Shown here piece by piece: positions 21,196 through 31,367 of a DNA stretch of 64,000 nt (within the stretch, counting starts at the first letter, position 1; every line of letters begins with the position of its first letter). Made by a program: the position numbers and the translations under genes. The notes under the pieces are model-generated. The model saw only the letters and a program-made list of their open reading frames with translations, was not told where the DNA came from and searched no databases. Location of the stretch: positions 110,961 through 174,960 of the forward strand of contig NZ_MPCX01000006.1 in the NCBI RefSeq assembly GCF_001874145.1. The letters are read 5' to 3'. This DNA comes from Lacinutrix sp. MedPE-SW (GTDB lineage Bacteria; Bacteroidota; Bacteroidia; Flavobacteriales; Flavobacteriaceae).

Positions 21196-21977
21196 TGCTT
21201 AATTATACTACATACAAGCATAAATCAGCTAAACAATGGGTAACTTTTGTTCATGGAGCAGGAGGAAGTTCTTCAATTTGGTACAAACAAATTCGCAGTT
21301 TTAGCTCACAATTTAATATACTAGTTTTAGATTTACGTGGTCATGGAGCTAGCAAGCCAGGTTTAAAAGATACTTTTAATAAAAAATATACATTTAACTC
21401 TATAACTAATGATATTGTTGAAGTTATTGATTTTTTAGAAATTAAAAAATCTCATTTTGTTGGCATATCTTTAGGTACAATTTTAATTAGAAACCTAGCT
21501 GAAAAATATCCAGAGAGAGTACTAAGTATGATTATGGGAGGCGCAATAATGAAATTAAACTTTAGGTCTCAAGTACTTATAAAATTAGGTGTTATATTTA
21601 AATCTGTAGTGCCGTATATGTTATTATATAAGTTTTTTGCATTTGTTATAATGCCTAAAAAAAACCATAAAAACTCAAGACTACTTTTTGTAAATGAAGC
21701 TAAAAAATTATATCAAAAAGAGTTTGTACGTTGGTTTAAATTAACATCAGAAATTAATCCATTATTAAAATTCTTTAGGACAAAAGATATTAAAATACCT
21801 ACATTATATGTAATGGGTGAAGAAGATCATTTATTTTTACCATCTATAAAACAAGTAACAGCAAGACATGCATTATCTAAGTTGTTTATAATAGAAAAAT
21901 GTGGTCATGTGGTTAATGTAGATCAACCAGAGGTGTTTAATAATCAATCAATAAGTTTTATAAAAAATATTATTTAA
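21195..21977 (+). CDS. alpha/beta hydrolase
   Basis: HGAGGS oxyanion region, nucleophile elbow GISLGT, C-terminal GH. Confidence 0.75.
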   Translation: MLNYTTYKHKSAKQWVTFVHGAGGSSSIWYKQIRSFSSQFNILVLDLRGHGASKPGLKDTFNKKYTFNSITNDIVEVIDFLEIKKSHFVGISLGTILIRNLAEKYPERVLSMIMGGAIMKLNFRSQVLIKLGVIFKSVVPYMLLYKFFAFVIMPKKNHKNSRLLFVNEAKKLYQKEFVRWFKLTSEINPLLKFFRTKDIKIPTLYVMGEEDHLFLPSIKQVTARHALSKLFIIEKCGHVVNVDQPEVFNNQSISFIKNII

Positions 21978-22177
21978 TTAGATTTTAAACTTTCAATTTG
22001 TTGTAATACTATATCAGCTTCTGCTTGTTTTTTATCACTTTCTCTTCTGCTTGTAAATGAGAGTTTGTAAGACTCTTCTAATAAACGTCTATACTCGTCT
22101 TGTAACTTATCAATTTTACTTTTCTTTTTAAATAATTTGAACATAACTTTTTTATGCAAATGTAGCGTGTAACTCAA
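21974..22177 (-). CDS. Lacal_2735-family small protein
   Basis: 67-aa helical protein with the FKKKSKIDKLQDEYRRLLEE pattern seen in flavobacterial small proteins. Confidence 0.5.
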   Translation of the reverse strand: MSYTLHLHKKVMFKLFKKKSKIDKLQDEYRRLLEESYKLSFTSRRESDKKQAEADIVLQQIESLKSN

Positions 22178-22277
22178 GTTTAAATTTTTAATAATTTGTT
22201 AATTATAACTTATTTAACTTTAAAAGCTATTTTTTTCATTCTCTACTTTATTAATAATCAATTTGATACATTTTTCT

Positions 22278-22356
22278 ATTTAGATTTAGTCTAAATAAAG
22301 TTTGTAGATTTAGTTCTGGCTACTATATTTGCATCTTATTTAAAACAAATCTAAAT
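22278..22356 (+). promoter_or_regulatory. Bacteroidota promoter (TTTG 22301-22304, N19, TATATTTG 22324-22331) interleaved with ATTTAGA/TCTAAAT heptamer repeats
   Basis: Exact TTTG-N19-TAnnTTTG match 33 nt upstream of the receptor ATG. Heptamer copies lie at 22278-84, 22290-96, 22306-13 and 22349-56. Confidence 0.55.
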
Positions 22357-22363
22357 AACAATC

Positions 22364-24742
22364 ATGTTAAGAAATATAACTTTTATAGTATTATTAGCTA
22401 TTCAATTTTCGTTTTCACAATCTAAAATAAGTGGAACGGTAACAAACAATTTAAATGATATTATACCTTTTGCTTCGGTTATGTTAGAAGGCACTAATAA
22501 AGGTGTATCTGCAAACGAAAACGGGTATTTTGAATTTACTAATTTACCAGAAGGTTCTTATAATATTAAAGTATCTTCTGTGGGATATAAATCACAAACA
22601 AACACAATTAAATTAAACAATAACGAGAGTGTAACTGTCACATTTAAGCTTCAAAGTGATGCCGATTTAGAAGAGGTTGAAGTATTTGGAAATCGTTTTA
22701 AACATCCAGATAAAATTGAAGCCTTAACACGTTTACCGTTGGCGCCTTACGAGCAAATTCAAAGTATCTCTATAATTTCAGATAAATTAATAGAGCAACA
22801 AGGTAATTTAACAATATCAGACGCTACAAAAAATGTTCCTGGTGTTTATACATTTGCTACTTATGGTAATAGAAGAGAAAGCCTATCATCTCGTGGGTTT
22901 AGAGGAATTCCTATTTTAAAAAATGGTGTTCGTGTGCATTCAGATTTTAGAGGTCAAGGTATATTAACAGACATGCAAGGTGTAGACAATATACAAGTAC
23001 TTAAAGGTGCTGCTTCTATAACACAAGGTGTTGCAACAGATTTAGGTAGTCCAGGTGGTGTTATTAACTTAGTTACAAAAACACCTAAGTATATTTTTGG
23101 TGGTAATGTGTCTATACGTGGTGGTAGTTACGGGCAAGCTAGAACAACTTTTGATGTTTATGGGCCTTTAACTAAAACAAATAATACAGCCTTTAGAATT
23201 AACGGTGCTTTAGAGCGAGCAGATAGTTATAGAAGCGGAATTGATTCTGACCGTTTTTATATTAATCCTTCATTCGAGTGGAAAGCAGATGAGAAAACTA
23301 CATTTACTTTTGAATTAGATTATTTTGAAGATAGCCGTACTACAGATCTTGGTACCGTAAATCTTGGAGAAAATGATGAAAATTTAATTTACGATTTGCC
23401 TTATGATCAGTTTTTAGGGTTTAAAGATGATAAGTCTTTAACAACAAACACAACCTATGCTATAAGAGTAGATAGAGAATTAACAAATAAACTAAGTCTT
23501 AAAGGTGCTTTATATAAATCAGATTTAGAGTTAGATGGTAAAAGTGCTAGTTTAGGTGGTGTTGTAAACAATGATTTAGGAGAACCAATATATAATCAAA
23601 GAAAAAGAGGTTACTCTGTAACTACTAGAGAAGATAATAATAGTGTTATACAATTCGATTTAGTTGGAGATGATATTAAAACAGGAAAAATTTCTCACAC
23701 ATTTCAAGTAGGTTTCGATTACCGTACTAATAACTATAATACAACGTCACAACGTGCTGCAACTGTAGATACTATTAATGTATTTACTAACAACACAAAT
23801 AGCTTACCAGACGATGTGAATTTTGCAGCAAAAACAAGATTAGCAGCAAAAACTAAAGCATTAGGTTTTGTGGCACAAGATGTAATTACATTTAATAAAT
23901 ATTTAAAAACGTTTATTGGCTTACGTTATAGCAAAACAAGAACTATTACAGAAGATGAAACTACCGAGAGTGATGCGTTTAATCCATTAGGAGGAATAAT
24001 TATATCTCCTTTTAAAAATATTAATGTTTTCGCATCATATACAAATAGTTCGTACCCAAGAACAGGAACACGTTTAGATGTTAATGGAGATGAATTAGGA
24101 AACGAACGTTTTGATCAATTTGAAACAGGTATAAAAACCAATTGGTTAAATAGTAGATTACGTTTTAATTTCACTTATTTTAAAATAAACAACAAAGATA
24201 TTAATTTACCAGTATACGATGAAAACTGGGAACAAACAGGCTATTACCAAAAAGGAGGTAACGATGAGCGTAAAGGTATAGAAGTAGAGCTTAGTGGCCG
24301 TATTTTAGAGAACCTTGAAGTTATTACAGGATATTCTTATATAGATGCCCAATATAAAGAGCATACAGCTTATGTCTATGGATCTGCACCATTAAACACA
24401 CCAAAACATACTTTTAATGCTTATGCTAATTATAGCTTTAAACAGCAACTAGAAGGTTTATCAATTGGAGCAGGTGTTTACTATACTGGCGAAAGACCAA
24501 TTAACGACTGGAGTGCTGGAGCAGTAACTCATGAAGGTATTGTACCAAATCAAGAACCATTTAATGTAGACTCATACACACAAGTTAACGCACAAGCCGC
24601 ATATAGGTTTAATAAACACTTTAACTTTAGAGTACTTGTTAATAATGTATTTAATAATATAGGTTATAATGCTTACAGAACAAGCTATATTAACCAAACA
24701 GACCCAAGAAACTTTGCGGGAGTATTAACCTACAGATTTTAA
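22364..24742 (+). CDS. TonB-dependent (siderophore-type) receptor
   Basis: CarboxypepD_reg N-domain, plug, 22-strand barrel length, C-terminal LTYRF. Confidence 0.8.
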   Translation: MLRNITFIVLLAIQFSFSQSKISGTVTNNLNDIIPFASVMLEGTNKGVSANENGYFEFTNLPEGSYNIKVSSVGYKSQTNTIKLNNNESVTVTFKLQSDADLEEVEVFGNRFKHPDKIEALTRLPLAPYEQIQSISIISDKLIEQQGNLTISDATKNVPGVYTFATYGNRRESLSSRGFRGIPILKNGVRVHSDFRGQGILTDMQGVDNIQVLKGAASITQGVATDLGSPGGVINLVTKTPKYIFGGNVSIRGGSYGQARTTFDVYGPLTKTNNTAFRINGALERADSYRSGIDSDRFYINPSFEWKADEKTTFTFELDYFEDSRTTDLGTVNLGENDENLIYDLPYDQFLGFKDDKSLTTNTTYAIRVDRELTNKLSLKGALYKSDLELDGKSASLGGVVNNDLGEPIYNQRKRGYSVTTREDNNSVIQFDLVGDDIKTGKISHTFQVGFDYRTNNYNTTSQRAATVDTINVFTNNTNSLPDDVNFAAKTRLAAKTKALGFVAQDVITFNKYLKTFIGLRYSKTRTITEDETTESDAFNPLGGIIISPFKNINVFASYTNSSYPRTGTRLDVNGDELGNERFDQFETGIKTNWLNSRLRFNFTYFKINNKDINLPVYDENWEQTGYYQKGGNDERKGIEVELSGRILENLEVITGYSYIDAQYKEHTAYVYGSAPLNTPKHTFNAYANYSFKQQLEGLSIGAGVYYTGERPINDWSAGAVTHEGIVPNQEPFNVDSYTQVNAQAAYRFNKHFNFRVLVNNVFNNIGYNAYRTSYINQTDPRNFAGVLTYRF

Positions 24743-24777
24743 TAATCCCATTTTATATTAGTCTAAATTTAAAAAAA

Positions 24778-24799
24778 GTACAACCTGTTTAGGTTGTAC
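24778..24799. terminator. bidirectional terminator
   Basis: GTACAACCT-GTTT-AGGTTGTAC flanked by A7 and T6. Confidence 0.75.
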
Positions 24800-24816
24800 T
24801 TTTTTATTTATAGTAA

Positions 24817-25452
24817 TTATATTTTAAACTCTGTAGTATTATCTTTAGTATCAAAAATATGCGGATAATGTGTTTTTAAATTTTGCTTCATAAAATCTAA
24901 AGGCACATCTTCAAAAAAACCATAATCTTGAGTGTATTCCATAAACAAATTACCATCGCTATTATATGCTTGTAAATAAGAGCTGGTTTTACCATCAAAT
25001 TCTAATGGAGCGACTTTAAATTTCTCACATAAACTAGCATTAAATGCGGGAGACATTTTTAACCAAGTATTATCTAAATATACATCTACCATACCGTGAG
25101 GTGTAAGCTCGTTAGAACCAAATTTTTCAATTAATCTATCTACAGCGATATGGTTTTTTACTTTACCAAGATGCAATCGTGCAGGAATATTTAAACCACG
25201 CAAACAAGAAATTAAAAGTATAGACTTATCTACACAATTACCAGTTTGTTTTTTTGCAATGACACTAGAACGATAATTGTTTTCTTGTAAACTAATATGG
25301 TAAGGGTCGTATTTATAACCATCACGAACTTTGGTGTAAATACCAATAGCTTTTTGGTTAGGTGTTAAATTTTCATTTTTAAATTCTGAAATTAAATTTT
25401 GAATGATTTTAGATTCAAAATCAAGAAAATATGAAGATTCTAAATACGTCAT
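24817..25452 (-). CDS. transglutaminase-like cysteine protease-fold protein
   Basis: GNCVDKS nucleophile motif with downstream His/Asp. Confidence 0.65.
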   Translation of the reverse strand: MTYLESSYFLDFESKIIQNLISEFKNENLTPNQKAIGIYTKVRDGYKYDPYHISLQENNYRSSVIAKKQTGNCVDKSILLISCLRGLNIPARLHLGKVKNHIAVDRLIEKFGSNELTPHGMVDVYLDNTWLKMSPAFNASLCEKFKVAPLEFDGKTSSYLQAYNSDGNLFMEYTQDYGFFEDVPLDFMKQNLKTHYPHIFDTKDNTTEFKI

Positions 25453-25559
25453 AAAGGGCTTTTAAAATTAAAAAAACAAGATAATAAATATGAAGCAACC
25501 TTATTATTAATTCATTTTAATTAACATAAATGTTACTTCATAATTATTGTGCTTTTAGG

Positions 25560-26072
25560 CTATTTTTGATAAGCTCCAGAGGAGTATGTTAACTCATAAC
25601 TGTGTGTGTAAATTTCAAATACAATACCAAAAGGATCTTCTACATAACACATTTTAAATGGTTTATCTTCTGGATAGTATTCACGAATAGGCATGCGTTG
25701 TTTACCACCATAAGAAACTATTTTTTCAATTAAATCTTCAATGTTTGGATCTTGAATACAAAAATGAAATAGGCCAGTATTAAAAGGGTTGAATTCTGGA
25801 GCTTCTTTTTTGCCTTGCGGAAAAGAAAATAATTCTACACCAATGCCATCTGAAGTTGCTAAGTGTGCAATTTCAAACGTTGTCCAGTCATCACCAAAAA
25901 CATCAATACACATTTGGCCAATTGCTGTTTCGCTTTCTTTTTTTATTGTTGAAGGTTCCATGATTATATACCAACCCATAACTTCAGAATAAAACTTGAC
26001 AGCTTCGTTTATATCTGGTACTGTTAAACCAATATGTGAAAATGATTTTGGATAATTTTTATTTGTTTTCAT
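25560..26072 (-). CDS. VOC (glyoxalase/bleomycin-resistance) family protein
   Basis: Paired beta-alpha-beta-beta-beta modules; HIGLTV and FEIY motifs. Confidence 0.7.
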   Translation of the reverse strand: MKTNKNYPKSFSHIGLTVPDINEAVKFYSEVMGWYIIMEPSTIKKESETAIGQMCIDVFGDDWTTFEIAHLATSDGIGVELFSFPQGKKEAPEFNPFNTGLFHFCIQDPNIEDLIEKIVSYGGKQRMPIREYYPEDKPFKMCYVEDPFGIVFEIYTHSYELTYSSGAYQK

Positions 26073-26192
26073 AACATTTTATTTAGAAGACAAAAATAAT
26101 CTATATTTGCCTAGTAGGCAATAACTTACTAAAAAGTAGTATAGTTACTTAAAGGAGTAAAATACTGATTATTAATATAATATATTTTAATT

Positions 26193-26504
26193 TTGAATAA
26201 AGAAAACGCTTGCCCTTTAAATTACACAATGAATTTAATAGGTACTAAATGGAAACCGTTAATTTTATTTCATTTGTTAGATGGTGCTTTACGTTCTGGT
26301 GTTTTACAAAAGCACATACCAGGAATTTCTAATAAAATGTTTACGCAAACGGTAAGGGAATTAGAAAAAGATAAATTAATTTCTAGAAAAGTCTATCCTG
26401 TTGTTCCTCCAAAAGTAGAATACATGTTAACCAAAAGAGGACAATCTCTTGAGGATATTTTAAAAAGCTTAGATGCATGGGGAATTGAAGATGCTAAACA
26501 GTAA
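26193..26504 (+). CDS. HxlR-family transcriptional regulator
   Basis: CPLNYTMNLIGTKWK N-terminus and winged-helix core; divergent from the VOC gene. Confidence 0.8.
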   Translation: MNKENACPLNYTMNLIGTKWKPLILFHLLDGALRSGVLQKHIPGISNKMFTQTVRELEKDKLISRKVYPVVPPKVEYMLTKRGQSLEDILKSLDAWGIEDAKQ

Positions 26505-26516
26505 TTACAATAAAAA

Positions 26517-26548
26517 AGCGTTTTAAAATACTACTATTCTAAAACGCT
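26517..26548. terminator. bidirectional terminator between the HxlR gene and the PLP-enzyme gene
   Basis: AGCGTTTTA ... TAAAACGCT stem with a 14-nt loop. Confidence 0.55.
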
Positions 26549-26571
26549 TTATTATATTTATTTAAACTGTA

Positions 26572-28446
26572 TTATAACGTTTCTACAAATTTTAAAAATA
26601 CAGCTTTATGCTGCTCTAAATCTAAATTTGCAGATAGTGATGCTCTTACAATATAATCTTTATCACCTTCTTTTGTAGTACCTTGTGTTGAGGTTGCAGG
26701 AATGGTCCAGTAACATCCTTTTAATTGTCCGTAGCTCACACAAAATTTACTTTCGTTAGGAATTTCGGTAATCATTAAATTAATTAATCTAAGGTTTAAT
26801 TCGCGTTTATATGCTTCTTTTTCGTCTTCAGTATTTCCTTTTGTTGGAAGATCTAACGAAAAAACCGATGGTGTAAAACCTTGTGAGGCTAATTCTCTTG
26901 AAACAAAATTTATTTTAGCTTCTGGTAACGCTTCATTAATAAACGTTACAAACTCACGTGTGTTTGTATAAGCATCTGCAATACGTTGATTCATAGATGG
27001 CAATTGTAATGCTAATATGTTATACTGTAATGCTGTTGCTTCGTTATCGCAAATTGTTAAGTGTGTTTCTATGTTATTAATTAAGTCTTTAGCTTTTTCA
27101 TTAGCAACACAATATCCGGCAGTACATTTTCCTCCGCTAGGAAATTTAGAGCCACTTACATAAGAAATGGTTCGTACTGTAGATAAAATATCATTTTCGC
27201 CTAAAAACTGAACATTTGGACAAAATGTTTGGTCTAAAATAAAAACAGGATCAATGGCAACTGTACCGTTTGGTGTTTTACGAGGTTTGCTTAGCGCTTC
27301 TTTTAATTTAATAAGATCTGGCACTTCAACTCTTGGATTTGTAGGTATTTCTGCAATAATATATGGTACTGCATCTTGGCTAGCAATGGTGTTTAAAACA
27401 CTATCTATACTAGTGACCATATCGTTATCTCCATCAACCGGTAAATCTACAATATCTACATTATCTAAACATGCAGCAACTCGTCTAGCTTGGTCGTTGG
27501 TACCACCATAACAGTTTGGCGGTACTACAATTTTTATTGCTTTTCCTTTATGGTTTATTTGAGCATCATGTATTAATCCCATCATGATTGCGTATTGCAT
27601 AGATAAACCACTTGATGCTACAATAGCTTTTGAGCTTGAGTTTGTAATTTTTTTAATTGATGCTAAAACTGAAGCTTTATCTTCTACAATAGTATTTGTC
27701 TTAAATTTAAAAGGCTTCATAGCAGCCAATGCTTGTAAGGCAACTAAGGCATTAGCAGGCGTCATTGCAATAGTTTCTCTTCGTCTTACGTGTTGAATAT
27801 GAGAAATATAATTATTGTTTTTTTCTCCATTTATTATAATAACACTTCCTAAATCACTATGTAAATTAACTAAAAAATCTATGTTAGTATTTTTAGAAGC
27901 TATAGTATTAATAGTGTTTTGTGAGCTTATATAAATTGTAGAACCATTAAAAGTTTCAATAGCTTCTGGAGTGTCAACTTGTTTTAAATCAAAATTATAA
28001 CCGTAAACTTGTTTTATAATTTCAGGATTAAAGTTACTTGGTAATGCTCCTGTATAATTTATTTGAGTGTTTTTATTTTCTAATAAATTTTGTCTTAAAA
28101 CAGCTAAAACTGGTGTGGTTTTAGACCCAAAACTAATTACATTTTGTGCGTCTATAGTATTAAGCTTTGCAATAGCCCATTCTAAAACACAAGATAGTGG
28201 GTGACCTAATCTAATATAGTCGTAAGCCGTTGGTAAATTTTCTAAAGCAGCTGGCGTCGCATTATCATTTTCAAATAAATTTTCAAACTGCTCTAAAAAC
28301 TGAACTTTTGCTAATTCTTCATTATAAATATCTAAACGGTGAGTTGTTATATTTAACCAGCCAATTGGCATATTATCAATAACATTTTTTATATAGTTTA
28401 TTACTTTAGTCTCTTGCATAATTAATTTTTCGAAATAAGAACGCAA
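26572..28446 (-). CDS. large fold-type-I PLP-dependent enzyme (Cys/Met-metabolism-like), atypical
   Basis: YDYIRLGHP, SSGLSMQYA, EIPTNPRVEVPDL and SGSKFPSGG (candidate PLP Lys) resemble the cystathionine gamma-synthase family, but the protein is 624 aa with extra N-terminal and internal regions. Confidence 0.45.
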   Translation of the reverse strand: MRSYFEKLIMQETKVINYIKNVIDNMPIGWLNITTHRLDIYNEELAKVQFLEQFENLFENDNATPAALENLPTAYDYIRLGHPLSCVLEWAIAKLNTIDAQNVISFGSKTTPVLAVLRQNLLENKNTQINYTGALPSNFNPEIIKQVYGYNFDLKQVDTPEAIETFNGSTIYISSQNTINTIASKNTNIDFLVNLHSDLGSVIIINGEKNNNYISHIQHVRRRETIAMTPANALVALQALAAMKPFKFKTNTIVEDKASVLASIKKITNSSSKAIVASSGLSMQYAIMMGLIHDAQINHKGKAIKIVVPPNCYGGTNDQARRVAACLDNVDIVDLPVDGDNDMVTSIDSVLNTIASQDAVPYIIAEIPTNPRVEVPDLIKLKEALSKPRKTPNGTVAIDPVFILDQTFCPNVQFLGENDILSTVRTISYVSGSKFPSGGKCTAGYCVANEKAKDLINNIETHLTICDNEATALQYNILALQLPSMNQRIADAYTNTREFVTFINEALPEAKINFVSRELASQGFTPSVFSLDLPTKGNTEDEKEAYKRELNLRLINLMITEIPNESKFCVSYGQLKGCYWTIPATSTQGTTKEGDKDYIVRASLSANLDLEQHKAVFLKFVETL

Positions 28447-28521
28447 TTTACGTTAATTTGAGAGATTTTAAATGCAAATACACTAGGTTTAGCTATCTAT
28501 TAACTAAGATTTAAGATTGTT

Positions 28522-29568
28522 TTATACCTTAGCTTTAGTAAAGTATTTTTTTCTAAACCAAAAAGAAACTTTTACTAATAAAATTAAAGCAGGCACTTCT
28601 ACTAATGGTCCAATAACACCTGTAAAAGCTTGGCCAGAATTTAAACCAAATACAGCAATAGCTACAGCGATTGCTAACTCAAAATTATTACCTGCAGCAG
28701 TAAATGCTACAGCTGTAGTTTTATCGTAATCTGCACCAGTAGCTTTTGTAAAAAAGAAACCAATTATAAACATTAATGTAAAGTATATAAGTAATGGTAT
28801 GGCAATAATTACAACATCCATTGGTATTTCTACAATTAATTCTCCTTTTAAAGAAAACATTATTACAATTGTAAATAGTAATGCGATTAAAGTTATTGGA
28901 GAAATAGTAGGAATAAACTTTTTTGTATACCACGTTTCTCCTTTTATTTTTACTAAAATTAAACGACTTAAAATACCCATTGCAAACGGTATACCTAGAT
29001 AAATAGCTACGCTTTCTGCAATTGTACCAATAGAAATATCTACAATAGCACCTTCAAAACCAAAATAGGGTGGAAGTACTGTAATAAATAACCAAGCGTA
29101 AAAACTATAAGCAAATACTTGAAAAATACTATTTAATGCTACTAAACCTGCACCATATTCGCTACTGCCTTCGGCTAAATCATTCCAAACTAGAACCATA
29201 GCAATACATCTTGCTAAACCTATTAATATAAGACCAACCATATATTCTGGATAATCACTTAAAAATATAATGGCTAGTATAAACATTAAAACAGGACCAA
29301 TTATCCAATTTAAAATTAAAGAGATTGAAAGTATTTTGGTGTTTTTAAATACTTTTGGTAGCAATGCATAATTAACTTTTGCAAGTGGTGGATACATCAT
29401 TAAAATTAAACCAATAGCAATAGGTATATTGGTTGTGCCACTATTAAATGAGTTTATAAAGTTTGGAAAATTAGGAGCAAAATAACCTATTGAAACACCA
29501 ATTGCCATAGCAACAAAAATCCACAGTGTTAGATTTTTATCTAGAAAACTTAATTTTTTCTTACTCAT
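28522..29568 (-). CDS. acr3: ACR3-family arsenite efflux transporter
   Basis: 10-TM protein with the ARCIAMV motif (conserved Cys) and overall ACR3 pattern. Confidence 0.85.
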   Translation of the reverse strand: MSKKKLSFLDKNLTLWIFVAMAIGVSIGYFAPNFPNFINSFNSGTTNIPIAIGLILMMYPPLAKVNYALLPKVFKNTKILSISLILNWIIGPVLMFILAIIFLSDYPEYMVGLILIGLARCIAMVLVWNDLAEGSSEYGAGLVALNSIFQVFAYSFYAWLFITVLPPYFGFEGAIVDISIGTIAESVAIYLGIPFAMGILSRLILVKIKGETWYTKKFIPTISPITLIALLFTIVIMFSLKGELIVEIPMDVVIIAIPLLIYFTLMFIIGFFFTKATGADYDKTTAVAFTAAGNNFELAIAVAIAVFGLNSGQAFTGVIGPLVEVPALILLVKVSFWFRKKYFTKAKV

Positions 29569-29684
29569 TGTAAACTAATTTAAAATTATTGTTTAATTAT
29601 TACATTGCAATATTACGATTAATATGGTTTTAAAACAAATTTATACCAAATAGCTTTTAAGTATTTTAGCTACTATAAATTTGT

Positions 29685-30239
29685 TTAAAATTTATAGCCT
29701 AAAGCAATTTGAAAAACGCTGTTTTTTACGTCTGGATTTTCAGATATGGTTGTAATGCCATAATTGTAACGTGTCTGTACAAACATATGTGTAGTCACAT
29801 CGTATTCAAACCCAAAATTTAAACCAAAATCAAAACTAGAGGCATCGGTTTCTGCATCTGGAGTAGTGTTGTCGCTAAATTCTATTTTATCATTAACTAA
29901 AAACGAAAATTGTGGTCCTGCTTCAACGCTAAATTTATCAAACAAATAATATTTTGCTAAAACAGGAATAGCCAAATAATCTATTTTAACTTTTAATGTA
30001 TTTTCTACTTCACTACCTTGTTTTGTGTACAATAGTTCTGGTTGAATTGAAAGTTTTTCATTTAGTGTAAATTCCGCAAAGCCACCAATATGAAAATTAA
30101 ATAAGTTGTTTCTATCGACATCTCCACCAGTTATATTAGAAATATTTAGACCTCCTTTTATTCCAAAATTTGGATCTTGTGCTTGCATAATGTTTATAAT
30201 GCTAGAGAAAGTAATAATTAAAACGATTAGTTTTTTCAT
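29685..30239 (-). CDS. porin-family outer-membrane beta-barrel protein
   Basis: Signal peptide; GGLNISNITG, YLAIPVLAKYY and C-terminal ALGYKF. Confidence 0.7.
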   Translation of the reverse strand: MKKLIVLIITFSSIINIMQAQDPNFGIKGGLNISNITGGDVDRNNLFNFHIGGFAEFTLNEKLSIQPELLYTKQGSEVENTLKVKIDYLAIPVLAKYYLFDKFSVEAGPQFSFLVNDKIEFSDNTTPDAETDASSFDFGLNFGFEYDVTTHMFVQTRYNYGITTISENPDVKNSVFQIALGYKF

Positions 30240-30428
30240 TTTTAAATTGTTTTAAATTTTAAATAAAGACAGTTAACATATAACTAAATTAATAAAAACT
30301 TTAACTCTGTTATAGATTGAGATTTGTAAATAACAGTGAAAGCGCTCCAATTAATACCGATATTATGGTTATTATAATAACAAAGGTCCATCTTTTCTTG
30401 TCTGTCATATTTTTTGTTTTTAATATTT

Positions 30429-30682
30429 GACAAATGTTTCGCTTATAATTTTATTTAGTATTTAAGCAACTAATTTAGCAAATATAAATAGGAAATACGA
30501 TAGAATTTTAATGATTAGCGACTTTAAAAAATAATAAAAAGATAATAGTTGGTAATGTCTTTTAATATTGCTTAAACAAGACTTTGCTATTACAAAAAGT
30601 GGGTTGTCTTATGATGAAAAATTTGTTTCAAAATTAGCTTAAAATTGCTTTTTTTTTAACTCAGTTCTTTGTTGTAAACAGG
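30429..30682 (-). repeat. two degenerate attC-like repeat copies at the distal end of the array (internal boundary uncertain)
   Basis: 30429-30556 aligns along its length to the 32509-32642 repeat (shared AGCAACTAATTTAGCAAATA) but its central hairpin is disrupted. 30671-30682 GTTGTAAACAGG is the core for cassette 4. Confidence 0.5.
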
Positions 30683-30688
30683 TTTTTC

Positions 30689-31192
30689 TTATTTTATTAT
30701 TCCACTAAAACTTTTCGATTCGCTGTATACATTAATTCCGAAAAGATTCCATTTTAAAATTCCGTTCACCGTATATTCCGCTTGCTTGTTTGGATTCAGA
30801 TTACCGGTTTGAATTGAATTAAATTCCCAAACATAACTGCCAGCAAATCCAGTTAAAACGCTATGACTTGCAGTTGGCATAAATGAATCTCCATCAGCTG
30901 TGTATTTTATTAGTAAAACAATGTCCATTGTTAGATTATCTTCAAGTGTTATTGTTTTCGACATGGAATTATAATTCCCGTTAGTCTTTTCATTTATTAC
31001 AATCATATTGTTTTTCTCTTCTTTATTAGAGGCAGAAATAATTTGAATAATTCCAATAAACATAATTGTAATAGAAACTATTTTAAATTGTGGTCGAAAT
31101 ATTCGTTTTCCAATTGCAATAAAACCAAATATTAAATACAAGAAATAGAAAAAAACAATTCCATTAAGTACTGTCCAAATTAAATATATCAT
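30689..31192 (-). CDS. cassette 4 ORF: membrane-anchored protein of unknown function
   Basis: 167 aa with two N-terminal TM helices and a beta-rich C-terminal domain; bounded by attC-like repeats. Confidence 0.5.
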   Translation of the reverse strand: MIYLIWTVLNGIVFFYFLYLIFGFIAIGKRIFRPQFKIVSITIMFIGIIQIISASNKEEKNNMIVINEKTNGNYNSMSKTITLEDNLTMDIVLLIKYTADGDSFMPTASHSVLTGFAGSYVWEFNSIQTGNLNPNKQAEYTVNGILKWNLFGINVYSESKSFSGIIK

Positions 31193-31210
31193 AAGTTTTT
31201 GTGTTTCAAA

Positions 31211-31348
31211 CCTTGTTTATAACGGTCTTGTATATGAAAAGTAGCGGATTTTAAACACTAATTTTTTAGATTATAACTGACCTTTAAATTATTCATTTTC
31301 TTTTGTTTAAGCGATTAAATCGCTATTTTTCATATATGTTGTTGCCAG
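31211..31348 (-). repeat. attC-like inter-cassette repeat 3 (diverged centre)
   Basis: Ends conserved with repeats 1 and 2 (TAACGGTCTTGTATATGA ... TATATGTTGTTGCCAGTAG). The centre carries a different hairpin, GCGAT-TAA-ATCGC. Confidence 0.6.
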
Positions 31349-31367
31349 TAGTTTTTATTCGAATTTA

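Noticed and set aside
28517-29002. Three overlapping short ORFs (28517..28729, 28721..28933, 28799..29002) within the ACR3 gene
   Set aside because: They are alternative or antisense frames of a confidently identified 10-TM transporter gene.
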